The notes beneath the pieces are model-generated. The model was not told the origin of the DNA. It worked only from the letters and a program-made list of their open reading frames with translations, and ran no database searches. Source: Candidatus Saccharimonadales bacterium (GTDB lineage: Bacteria > Patescibacteriota > Saccharimonadia > QS-5-54-17). Taken from it: a stretch of 64,000 nt of DNA. The stretch's first letter is position 1. Each line of letters opens with the position of its first letter. The translations under genes were made by a program, and so were the position numbers. Location: assembly GCA_040903985.1 (NCBI GenBank), contig JBBDUI010000002.1, positions 518,038 through 582,037 of the forward strand, written 5' to 3'. Below are positions 27,617 through 35,994 of the stretch, in pieces.

Positions 27617-28908
27617 TTAGTTTTGAACTTAGCGCCGATACTCTCAAGTTTGTCTAAGAACTGGTCGTAACCACGCAGTAGGTGCTCTACACCCGTCAAG
27701 GTCGAGGTGCCGTCTGCGACCAGCGCGGCTATTACGTGAGCCATGCCAGCACGAATGTCGGGAATCTCGATTTTAGCTCCACGTAAGCGGCTCGGTCCTT
27801 GGATAATAGCGCTGTGTTTATGCGATTCACCTTTGAAACGGCATTCTAGCTCGCCTAAGCATTTAGTGAAGACGGCGATATTTGCCCCCATTTGATTTAG
27901 TACCTCGGTATAGCCGAAGCGATCTTCATAGACCGTTTCGTGTACTACGGAGAGTCCGTCAGCTTGAGTAAGGACTACGATGAGCGGCTGCTGCCAGTCA
28001 GTACTGAAGCCGGGCCAGGTATCGGTCTCTAGCTCGGCCCCGCGTAGACCCTCCGGCCCGCGCTTAAAAGTGATGTCGCTGTCATTTACCTGGTAGTCCC
28101 CACCGATTCTGCGAATAGTGTTGAGGAAAGTGCTGAGATCGCCCTGATAGGCTCCTTTTACGGTGATTTTGCCGTTCGTAGCGATGGCGGCTGCGGCGTA
28201 GGAGGCGGCTTCGAGCCGATCGGGCATGACGCGGTAGGATGCGCCATGTAAACGCTCTACCCCGTCGATGATGATGACACGGTTAGCACGAAACTCGATG
28301 ATAGCCCCCATTTGCTGGAGGAGCTTAATCAGATCTAATATCTCTGGCTCGGTCGCAGCGTTGTAGATGCTGGTGCGCCCTTCGGCTAGTACGGCTGCTA
28401 GTAGGATGTTCTCAGTAGCTCCAACACTGGGATAGGGCAAGCGGATAGTGGTGCCTTGCAGGCGAGAAGCCCGGGCATGATAGCCGGTGGCATCGGCTGA
28501 TATCTGAGCCCCCATTTGTTCTAGGGCTTGGATGTGAAAATTCACCGGTCGAGGGCCGATGTGGTCGCCATCTACGACAGGTACTTCGGCTTCACCGAGT
28601 CGGTGGAGCAGAGGGCTGAGGGCGAGAATCGAGATGCGGTTTTTGCGCGACAGCTGCTTCACGCCCGCACCGGTAAGACTCTCGGCATGGATACGGATGG
28701 TGTGATCCTCGCGCTCAACGCTAGCGCCAGTTGCCTTGATGATGTCAGTTGTGATGTCGATTTCCGAGATTTTAGGAATGTTATAGAGAACAACCGGCTC
28801 GTCAGTCAGGAGAGCCGCAATCATCATTTTAGTAGCAGCATTTTTAGCACCACTGATCGTGACCTCTCCATGGAGTGGTTTACCGCCGGTAATTTTGAGT
28901 GCCTGCAT
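27613..28908 (-). CDS. murA: UDP-N-acetylglucosamine 1-carboxyvinyltransferase MurA
   Basis: MurA N-terminus KITGGKPLHGEVTISGAKNAA and full-length EPT fold. Confidence 0.95.
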   Translation of the reverse strand: MQALKITGGKPLHGEVTISGAKNAATKMMIAALLTDEPVVLYNIPKISEIDITTDIIKATGASVEREDHTIRIHAESLTGAGVKQLSRKNRISILALSPLLHRLGEAEVPVVDGDHIGPRPVNFHIQALEQMGAQISADATGYHARASRLQGTTIRLPYPSVGATENILLAAVLAEGRTSIYNAATEPEILDLIKLLQQMGAIIEFRANRVIIIDGVERLHGASYRVMPDRLEAASYAAAAIATNGKITVKGAYQGDLSTFLNTIRRIGGDYQVNDSDITFKRGPEGLRGAELETDTWPGFSTDWQQPLIVVLTQADGLSVVHETVYEDRFGYTEVLNQMGANIAVFTKCLGELECRFKGESHKHSAIIQGPSRLRGAKIEIPDIRAGMAHVIAALVADGTSTLTGVEHLLRGYDQFLDKLESIGAKFKTN

Positions 28909-28979
28909 AGTCTTGATTGTACCAAGCTATCTGGCTTTATGCTCATTTGCTTTGCTGGTAGAGTAGGTAGTGCCTGTAT

Positions 28980-29056
28980 GCCCCCGTAGCTCAGCTGGAT
29001 AGAGCGTCAGTTTCCGGAACTGAAGGCCATAGGTTCGAATCCTGTCGGGGGCACCA
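28980..29056 (+). tRNA. tRNA-Arg (anticodon CCG)
   Basis: Acceptor gcccccg/cgggggc, anticodon loop ttCCGga, Arg-type D-arm, and an encoded CCA. Confidence 0.85.
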
Positions 29057-29160
29057 CGTCAGACTAAACCTACAGCTTCCTCTAAAACAGCGGAAGCTGT
29101 TTTACTTTCAGCTTCCGGTTTGTCTTCCTTTTCCAGCTAAAACAGTATCGTTTTAGCTGG
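29057..29160 (+). repeat. tRNA-linked structured repeat, copy C (second hairpin with fully compensatory stem changes)
   Basis: Begins cgtcagactaaacc. Hairpin cagcttcc/ggaagctg is followed by ttttacttt. The second hairpin ccagctaaaac-agtat-cgttttagctgg keeps the pairing with a different sequence. Confidence 0.75.
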
Positions 29161-29311
29161 TTAACAGCCTGCCCCGCTCTTTTCCTGAGCGGAGCAGGCT
29201 ATAACTAGGTTGCGTAGCGTCAAGAAAAGGTGCGTGGGTAACGTTTCGTTCGGGTGGATAGCCAGGTGCTCTTAATTATATAACCATCTCTTCTCATGTT
29301 ATTATGGCAAC

Positions 29312-29542
29312 ATGAAGACATTAAAGGAATCACTCTATATTGCTTTCGGAGCTTTACTTTTCATTCTAGGTATCGCGGGGGTGGTTGTTTTTCTTTTAGT
29401 TAATAATTTTGCAGGTGGGGTTAAGACGACAGGTATCGTAGGTAGCTTAATGGTAGCTATCTTCGGCTGGTGGCTGCTGCGCCGCGGATCTGATAGTACG
29501 GCAGATGCCATCGGCTGGATTATTGTACATTTTTGGTCGTAA
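29312..29542 (+). CDS. small membrane protein (2 TM)
   Basis: 76-aa hydrophobic ORF; coding status uncertain. Confidence 0.35.
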   Translation: MKTLKESLYIAFGALLFILGIAGVVVFLLVNNFAGGVKTTGIVGSLMVAIFGWWLLRRGSDSTADAIGWIIVHFWS

Positions 29543-29605
29543 TCCTAGCCTAGGTGCCTTATTCTACCCAAGGTGCAATGCCTCTTGTCCGTGTATACTT
29601 AGCCC

Positions 29606-30292
29606 ATGAGTATCAGCCTCAGTAAACTGCCACTTATGGCTTGGAGCGTGACTAGTGGAGCATGTCTATTGGCACTGATAGTGTGGTGGCAGGGGCTGAA
29701 CAATGGACTAGCAAGCATCAATTCATATACCCTTTTCCCTCTGCTCGGCATTCTCGCTTTTAGTATCATGTGGGCGCACTATATTATGAGCGCTGTACGC
29801 CAGATTATGCGAGCAGAGACGGAGGTACTTAAGACCTATTTCGAAATTACCAGCTGGCTAGCACTTATAGCTCTACTACTCCATCCGGGACTACTTGTGT
29901 GGCAGCTATGGCGGGATGGTTTCGGTTTACCCCCAGGTAGTGTGCTAGAGAGCTACGTTGCGCCGACTTTGCGGGGGGTGGTCATTCTCGGAACACTCAG
30001 CCTAGCGGCTTTCTTACTTTATGAGCTGCGACGTATATTTCAGACTATCGGCTGGTGGAGGTGGATACAGTATTTGTCTGATGGTGCGATGCTAGCGGTC
30101 TTATACCATGGCTGGCAGCTCGGTCGGCATCTTCAAAGTGGCTGGTATCGAATGGTATGGATAATGTATGCCATAACGCTTATCGCAGCACTGGGGTATC
30201 GATACAGGGGACTCGTAAAAGAGAAACGGGAGAGTACCCGGAATGACAAGACAGATGATTTGACACATAATAGGCAAAGGAGGCAAGGATGA
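29606..30292 (+). CDS. hypothetical polytopic membrane protein (Trp/His-rich)
   Basis: 228-aa ORF with about 6 hydrophobic segments. It overlaps the next gene by 4 nt (ATGA), suggesting an operon. Confidence 0.5.
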   Translation: MSISLSKLPLMAWSVTSGACLLALIVWWQGLNNGLASINSYTLFPLLGILAFSIMWAHYIMSAVRQIMRAETEVLKTYFEITSWLALIALLLHPGLLVWQLWRDGFGLPPGSVLESYVAPTLRGVVILGTLSLAAFLLYELRRIFQTIGWWRWIQYLSDGAMLAVLYHGWQLGRHLQSGWYRMVWIMYAITLIAALGYRYRGLVKEKRESTRNDKTDDLTHNRQRRQG

Positions 30293-30741
30293 GAGCTAAT
30301 CGTTCATTTATAGTTATCGGACTTATCATATTAATCGCAGTTATAGGGACAGGTTGGTATATCGTATCCCGGGAGTCAGTTGAGACTGAAACTCAAGAGA
30401 ACCGCAGTAGCGAAGAGACCACTCAGCCCACTGAAGGAGCGGCCGATGCAGCGGCGGAGCCAGAGGAGGGAGCTGTAGCGCCAATTGTCTATAGGAATGA
30501 GGGCTTCTCGCCCGCTCAGCTCAGTGCATCGACAGGAACAGAGCTTCTGATACGTAACGAGTCATCTATTAGCTTGCAGTTTAGCTCTGATCCGCATCCT
30601 GCTCATACTGATAATAGGGAGTTGAATGCTAGAGCTATTCAGCCAGGCGAATCAGTGACTATCACAGTTGAAGAAATCGGCCGGTGGGGTTTTCATAATC
30701 ATTTTAGGGAGACACATCGCGGCACGCTCACTGTAGAGTAG
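30289..30741 (+). CDS. membrane-anchored secreted protein, possible cupredoxin-like metal-binding domain
   Basis: N-terminal TM anchor and an acidic linker. C-terminal beta-rich domain with His cluster HPAHTDN...WGFHNHFRETH. Confidence 0.4.
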   Translation: MRANRSFIVIGLIILIAVIGTGWYIVSRESVETETQENRSSEETTQPTEGAADAAAEPEEGAVAPIVYRNEGFSPAQLSASTGTELLIRNESSISLQFSSDPHPAHTDNRELNARAIQPGESVTITVEEIGRWGFHNHFRETHRGTLTVE

Positions 30742-30806
30742 GGTAATGTCCCTATGTAGCGTGGGCTCGCTTCGGGCTAATCTGATATAATTGCCTCTGT
30801 ATTCGT

Positions 30807-30883
30807 GCACCCGTAGCTCAGTGGATTAGAGCACTGGTCTTCGGAACCAGGTGTCGTAGGTTCGAATCCTACCGGGTGCACCA
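30807..30883 (+). tRNA. tRNA-Arg (anticodon TCG)
   Basis: Acceptor gcacccg/cgggtgc, anticodon loop ctTCGga, encoded CCA, and a TATAAT box upstream. Confidence 0.85.
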
Positions 30884-30963
30884 TATAATTCGCTATTGCG
30901 GAGTGGTTAGCTTAACTGTTTTACAATTATATTCTACCTCTGTAAGATAGTAGCGGGTTACAC

Positions 30964-31040
30964 GGGCCATTAGCTCAGTTGGTTAGAGCATCTGCCTCTT
31001 AAGCAGAGTGTCCCGGGTTCGAGTCCCGGATGGCCCTCCA
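30964..31040 (+). tRNA. tRNA-Lys (anticodon CTT)
   Basis: Acceptor gggccat/atggccc, anticodon loop ctCTTaa, T-arm ccgggttcgagtcccgg, and an encoded CCA. Confidence 0.85.
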
Positions 31041-31082
31041 TACAAATACCCCGACACAAAAGCCGGGGTATTTGTATGGAGG
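31035..31082 (+). terminator. 19-bp perfect hairpin incorporating the tRNA-Lys(CTT) 3' CCA end (cctccatacaaataccccg / cggggtatttgtatggagg)
   Basis: Arms are nearly identical to the hairpin after tRNA-Lys(TTT) at 23312; the loop differs (acacaaaagc). Confidence 0.45.
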
Positions 31083-31109
31083 TGGAATCTCTAATGCTAT
31101 ACTAATCGC

Positions 31110-31382
31110 ATGAAAAGATTTAGCTTTAGTAATAAGATTTCGAGAATCGGACTAGCAATGTTCATTTTGGCTAACCCGCTGGTGTATTTGCTGGTTGGGA
31201 GTCTGGTTGTCGATATTCGAAATCTATTTGGAGCTGATATTGTTAGGCAGTCTGTCAGTTATAGTACGGAAGATCCTTTTATCATCGGAATGTATGTGGT
31301 CGCCGCAGCTGGATTCTTATTTATGATCATCGGTGCATTACGACAAGATCGCATGCCTAGAGTGCGCAGTTCAAGCAACTAG
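31110..31382 (+). CDS. small membrane protein (2 TM)
   Basis: 90-aa hydrophobic ORF; uncertain. Confidence 0.35.
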   Translation: MKRFSFSNKISRIGLAMFILANPLVYLLVGSLVVDIRNLFGADIVRQSVSYSTEDPFIIGMYVVAAAGFLFMIIGALRQDRMPRVRSSSN

Positions 31383-32140
31383 CGGGTTAACAATCCTAAG
31401 CCAGCTCCAAACGTAGTTCGAATGATACGAGCAGTGTCTGGAGCTATGAGCTTGATAGTCCTCTCCACATCGAGCGGTGGGAATATAGCTGTCGATTTAC
31501 GTACTAGCTTCTCATCATCGAGTGTTATCACGCCCTCTCTAACTGAGAGTAGACCACCCTCGCCGGCCGGTATAGTCCAATTTAGCGTCGTGTTTGCGTC
31601 AAAGCTTGTATCGTTGAAGCTACGGATATCGCAGTGAATAGGAAGAGGGGCGTCGCCACCGACCATATGTCGCGTACTAACCCCAGGTGCCTCTTTAGTA
31701 ATAGGCATATCTTTTTGCTCAAGCACTTCGAAGCTAGTATCTTCTGGAACTGGATCGGTGGTAGCGACGAGGATGAATAGTTCGCTATCGACATCACCGT
31801 TATTCCACTCTTTATGAATCATGCCGCGCTGACCTTCGGTAAAGCGAGCCATGGCGCCTTCGGGTATATGACCCTTAATGCCATTCAAGGCGTCATCGTG
31901 GTCGAAAGTGCCTTTCTCGGAATAAAATAACCGTTCGTTGTAACGGTGCGGGTGGTGGCCGATGCCCTGGCCGGCATAGATAACTGAGTCGTGAACAGTG
32001 ATGATGGGTCCGACGTATTGTATGTGGGTGAAGGGCCCGACTGATTCGATGGCTATCAGCCCCTCCATGCCAAACTCTTTCGCTGTTAGGGTGTAGTGAT
32101 CTTCGGGTGCGAGAATAATGCGATCTGGCAATTGCTTCAC
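31379..32140 (-). CDS. pirin family protein (bicupin)
   Basis: Pirin N-terminal metal motif GIGHHPHRYNERLFY and a two-cupin length. Confidence 0.8.
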   Translation of the reverse strand: MKQLPDRIILAPEDHYTLTAKEFGMEGLIAIESVGPFTHIQYVGPIITVHDSVIYAGQGIGHHPHRYNERLFYSEKGTFDHDDALNGIKGHIPEGAMARFTEGQRGMIHKEWNNGDVDSELFILVATTDPVPEDTSFEVLEQKDMPITKEAPGVSTRHMVGGDAPLPIHCDIRSFNDTSFDANTTLNWTIPAGEGGLLSVREGVITLDDEKLVRKSTAIFPPLDVERTIKLIAPDTARIIRTTFGAGLGLLTR

Positions 32141-32241
32141 GTCTGACTCCTTCTCTACTTAAGTGTAGCAACGATTCAAGTTGTTCGCAGTAACGCAGGT
32201 CAACATAAATTGACTAGTTTTTTTCGTGAGCAATCGGCATA

Positions 32242-33087
32242 GTGGTAGGTATGAGGCAACCATTTACCGCCACCGTAGGAGTTGAGAATCGGGGTCAATA
32301 CCTCGAAATTGCACATGCCGATGTCGACCGACGTTTAGGTGAGATTGCAGTCGGGATACTGATGAGCGAGAAGACAGGACTAGAGAACATATCTAATCGT
32401 CATGGCCTCACGTACCCATTATTTGATGAGGTCGATGAAATTGTAGCGGCTCAGCATGAATACGGAGTGCCAGCGGTGCCACTAATCATTCATTACAACA
32501 CTGACCGACCCGATCAAGCGGGACAACAGTTAGTGGCTGCACTGCACCGACATGAGACGATTGCGGCTGTGCAGGTCAACGGCTTGCAACCTGAGCATTA
32601 CGGAAATCTTGAATTCCTGAAGGCTGCTCGGCCGAAGTTAGATGTTATCGTGCAGATTGATAACTATATGTTACGCAAGTATCGACACCAACCCGACCGT
32701 TTCTATGCGGCCGGTCCTGAATTGCTGGTCGAGGAAGTAACAAAACATGGGGTGATCGATGGTGTATGGCTGGATGGGTCCGGCGGCTGCGGTAAAGAGC
32801 TAGACGTAGATGTCCTTATCCCCTATATCGATGCATTTGCTCGGAAAGGTATCAGTGTCGGTGTGGCGGGTGGTTTGCACGCAGGTAGCGTACATGATCT
32901 ATTACTACCACTACTTAGACGGTACGCAAGTCTAGATAATACACAACCAGCTTCTATCAGCTGGGATGCCCAAAGTGGTGTTATGGATGAGACTAGGAGC
33001 GGGCATCGGTTTAATACTCAAAAAGCTGTTGACTTCCTGTGCAGTTCAAATGCCCTGCGGCGAGAGGTGGATAGTCTGATACAGTAA
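32242..33087 (+). CDS. TrpF-like (phosphoribosylanthranilate isomerase family) TIM-barrel protein with ~80-aa N-terminal extension
   Basis: C-terminal blocks VWLDGSGGCGKELDVDVL and VGVAGGLHAGSV resemble the TrpF signatures (GGtGktfDW / GGLnpeNV). Start GTG 32242 or ATG 32251. Confidence 0.45.
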   Translation: MVGMRQPFTATVGVENRGQYLEIAHADVDRRLGEIAVGILMSEKTGLENISNRHGLTYPLFDEVDEIVAAQHEYGVPAVPLIIHYNTDRPDQAGQQLVAALHRHETIAAVQVNGLQPEHYGNLEFLKAARPKLDVIVQIDNYMLRKYRHQPDRFYAAGPELLVEEVTKHGVIDGVWLDGSGGCGKELDVDVLIPYIDAFARKGISVGVAGGLHAGSVHDLLLPLLRRYASLDNTQPASISWDAQSGVMDETRSGHRFNTQKAVDFLCSSNALRREVDSLIQ

Positions 33088-33091
33088 GAGC

Positions 33092-33895
33092 ATGTTACTC
33101 AAAAGTTCTGAACTAGCGGATTATATTAAAGCTCAGCAGGTTCAAGCCGTGCGTAGCCTGCAGCATACCGGTATCAAGCCTAAGCTCGCTATCGTTCAGG
33201 CGGGTACTATGGTAGTGAGTGATACTTACGTGCGGTTGAAGCAAGCTTATGGCCAAGATATCGGCGTTGAAGTAGAGCGATACGATACGGATACCAGCAA
33301 CCTTGTGGATACGATTCAACGCTTAAACGGCACGGATAGCATTCACGGTATCATCGTGCAGCTACCGCTCCCTGAGAGTATTGATACCGGAGAAGTGTTG
33401 AACCGGATAGACTCGGTAAAAGATGTTGATGGACTCGGTGCAGAAAGTGCGTTTGATCCGGCCACTCCGACGGCGATTCTATGGCTATTGAGTGAGGGTA
33501 ATGTCGAGCTAGATAGTAAAACTATCGGCGTGATTGGTCACGGTCGACTGGTAGGAGCACCTCTAGTACGCATACTAAAGGCATCAGGTCATGAACCCTT
33601 AATTGCTGATAAAGAAACAGGAGATGTGGCTGAGCTGATGAGGGAATGTGATGTTGTCATTACCGCTACCGGGCGGCCCGGGCTGATTACACCTGATATG
33701 GTCCACAGTGGACAGGTTATCATCGATGCCGGCACTAGTAGTGAGGACGGTAGTTTGGTGGGCGATGTCGACTCATCGTTGTATGAGCGTAGCGACTTAA
33801 AAATCAGTCCTGTTCCGGGTGGAGTGGGACCGTTGACGGTGGCGGCACTGTTTGCAAACGTGATTGAGGCGTTTAAGCGGCAAGGGCGCGGCTAA
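33092..33895 (+). CDS. folD: bifunctional methylenetetrahydrofolate dehydrogenase/cyclohydrolase
   Basis: FolD motifs (KPKLAIVQAG..., GIIVQLPLP, VIGHGRLVGAPL, DAGT). Confidence 0.9.
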   Translation: MLLKSSELADYIKAQQVQAVRSLQHTGIKPKLAIVQAGTMVVSDTYVRLKQAYGQDIGVEVERYDTDTSNLVDTIQRLNGTDSIHGIIVQLPLPESIDTGEVLNRIDSVKDVDGLGAESAFDPATPTAILWLLSEGNVELDSKTIGVIGHGRLVGAPLVRILKASGHEPLIADKETGDVAELMRECDVVITATGRPGLITPDMVHSGQVIIDAGTSSEDGSLVGDVDSSLYERSDLKISPVPGGVGPLTVAALFANVIEAFKRQGRG

Positions 33896-34247
33896 CCCGC
33901 TCCGCCACCTGCTTAGGGGTGAGGTCGGCCTTGACGATGAAAGAATCGACACCGAGCTCCCGGATGGCTTTCGGTGCTTCGGCTTCACCCATGTTGGTTA
34001 GGATGATCACCTTGACATCCTTGCCCCAGGACTCAGCGCGCATTTTAGCTAACATCTCAGCCCCATCCATCACCGGCATCATGAGATCGAGGAGTACTAT
34101 ATCTGGCTTGAACTCGCGTACCATCTCGAGCCCCTGTTCGCCATCACCGGCATAGGCAACATCGAAGCCTTCGGCTTCGAACTTCATACGATACATTTGG
34201 ACTATAGCTAAGTCATCTTCGATAAGTGCTATTTTAGTTTTTGCCAT
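33873..34247 (-). CDS. single-domain response regulator (CheY-like receiver)
   Basis: Receiver motifs IALIEDD, phosphoacceptor DLMMP, and a conserved Lys region; no output domain. Confidence 0.8.
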   Translation of the reverse strand: MAKTKIALIEDDLAIVQMYRMKFEAEGFDVAYAGDGEQGLEMVREFKPDIVLLDLMMPVMDGAEMLAKMRAESWGKDVKVIILTNMGEAEAPKAIRELGVDSFIVKADLTPKQVAERVSRALAA

Positions 34248-34404
34248 CGATGCTTATCCTTACTTAAAGCTGTTACTGATTATATCATCAATTATTAATG
34301 GTATTCAGTTAGGGGTTAGTAGCTGTCGACGTTAGATGGTATTTTTGGTATCATCGGTAGTAATAGATCATAATTTTGCCATAATGAAAATTTAATAAAT
34401 AAAT

Positions 34405-35931
34405 ATGTTTTCGTCCCAAAACTCAGGCATCGATATCGATGTACCAAAACTCCAGCGTCGACTTAAAACTAAGCCAGAAGCCTACTGGATGCGCAGGGGG
34501 GAGAGGATGGCATTAGAGCTTTTCCAGGCAATGGCAAAGCGGGTTCCAGCTTATAAAGATTTCTTAGCTAAGAATAATATTGATCCGCGGAAAGTGAAAC
34601 AGGCGGCGGATCTATCAGAAGTAACTCCAGTTGATAAGGATAACTATCTGCGGCAGTATGATCGCGCTCTGTTGTGTTGGGACGGTAGGTTTAAGGAAGA
34701 GAACTGGGTTATATCCTCGACATCAGGTTCGACTGGCCAGCCGTTCTATTTTCCGCGACAGTATGCGCAGGATAAACAATATGCTGATATGGCCGAGCTT
34801 TATTTGCGCGAGAACTTTAAGCTGCAGGATAAAAGTACACTCTACATCGTAGCTTTTCCAATGGGTGCATGGATTGGCGGGGTCTTTACCTATCAAGCGC
34901 TTCAGATAGTGGCGAGTAGAGGCTATGAGTTGAGCATCATTACTCCGGGCGTTCATAAGGGTGAGATAATCAATGCCATTAAAAACCTAGCTGATGATTT
35001 CGATCAAATTATTATCGGTTCATATGGCCCATTTCTCAAAGATATTCTTGATGATGGTGTTCGAGCTGGTATAGATTGGAAGCGATATAATCTCGGTTTT
35101 ATCCTTTCCGCCGAGGTAATCTCTGAGACATTTCGCGATTATATTGCTAAAAAAACCGGTATAGATATCTTGACCGGTAGCCTGAATCACTATGGAACGG
35201 TCGATTTAGGTACGATGGCGCACGAGACCCCAATCTCGATTCTCATGCGCCGACGTGCTGTTGAAAACTCGACACTCTATAACGATATCTTCGGCGATAT
35301 TACTAAGCTCCCGACTTTGGCTCAGTACCTTCCTGAGCTATTCTATTTTGAAACAGCGGGCGGCAATCTCTATTGCTCAGCCAATAGTGGTATACCTTTA
35401 GTACGTTACGACCTCAAAGATCATGGCGGGTTGCTTACTCTGACTGAGATTGACGACCTCTCTCGGCGTTACGATCTCGGCGTTGAGCAGGTGCTTCAAA
35501 CTAGCGGTGCGGCCGACTCGATCTGGAATCTGCCATTTGTGTACGTTTATGAGCGGAGCGATTTTTCTGTCAGTTTCTTCGGTTTTCAGATCTATCCAGA
35601 GACTATCAGACGAGCCCTGCAGAGTGAGGTTTTTGAGTCAGATATTACAGGAAAGTTCACTATGGAGGTGGCCTATAGTGAGGAGGGCCGTCAGCAGCTA
35701 ACTATTCATATCGAACTCATGGCTGAGCGTAGTCCTAGTACAGCGTTGAGACGAGCACTGGAACAAGTACTTGTTAGGCAACTACTAGAAGAAAGCTCTG
35801 AGTATCGGGAGACCCATAAACACTACAAATCAGATGTACGACCGCATGTTAAGTTATGGAACTACGAGCATGACACTTACTTTAAGTCTGGTACGAAACA
35901 GCAATGGATTAAGCGTGAGCCGAAACCGTAG
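34405..35931 (+). CDS. PaaK/F390-synthetase/LuxE-like adenylate-forming enzyme (ANL superfamily)
   Basis: AMP-binding P-loop-like motif ISSTSGSTGQPFYFPR (compare SSGTTGKP of PaaK); 508 aa; AT-rich upstream region. Confidence 0.65.
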   Translation: MFSSQNSGIDIDVPKLQRRLKTKPEAYWMRRGERMALELFQAMAKRVPAYKDFLAKNNIDPRKVKQAADLSEVTPVDKDNYLRQYDRALLCWDGRFKEENWVISSTSGSTGQPFYFPRQYAQDKQYADMAELYLRENFKLQDKSTLYIVAFPMGAWIGGVFTYQALQIVASRGYELSIITPGVHKGEIINAIKNLADDFDQIIIGSYGPFLKDILDDGVRAGIDWKRYNLGFILSAEVISETFRDYIAKKTGIDILTGSLNHYGTVDLGTMAHETPISILMRRRAVENSTLYNDIFGDITKLPTLAQYLPELFYFETAGGNLYCSANSGIPLVRYDLKDHGGLLTLTEIDDLSRRYDLGVEQVLQTSGAADSIWNLPFVYVYERSDFSVSFFGFQIYPETIRRALQSEVFESDITGKFTMEVAYSEEGRQQLTIHIELMAERSPSTALRRALEQVLVRQLLEESSEYRETHKHYKSDVRPHVKLWNYEHDTYFKSGTKQQWIKREPKP

Positions 35932-35994
35932 TATTGAAATTTATATGAAAATACAGTATAATATACATAATATTGCAGGGGTAATAAAAGATCG

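Noticed and set aside
1333-29160. CRISPR array interpretation of the repeated tRNA-downstream elements
   Set aside because: There are only three copies, kilobases apart, each about 105 nt with internal hairpins. There are no short regularly spaced direct repeats and no cas genes.
23239-31082. Intact prophage or integrative element between the two tRNA-Lys genes, or at the duplicated tRNA-Lys 3' end
   Set aside because: No integrase, recombinase, phage structural or conjugation genes are present. The interval contains essential genes (murA, FemAB). Only a 136-bp scar-like segment lies between the direct repeats.
34336-34395. 19-aa mini-ORF (MVFLVSSVVIDHNFAIMKI) upstream of the PaaK-like gene, considered as a possible precursor peptide
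   Set aside because: It has no ribosome-binding site and sits in AT-rich sequence, where short ORFs arise by chance. It has no Gly-Gly or other recognisable leader or core features.
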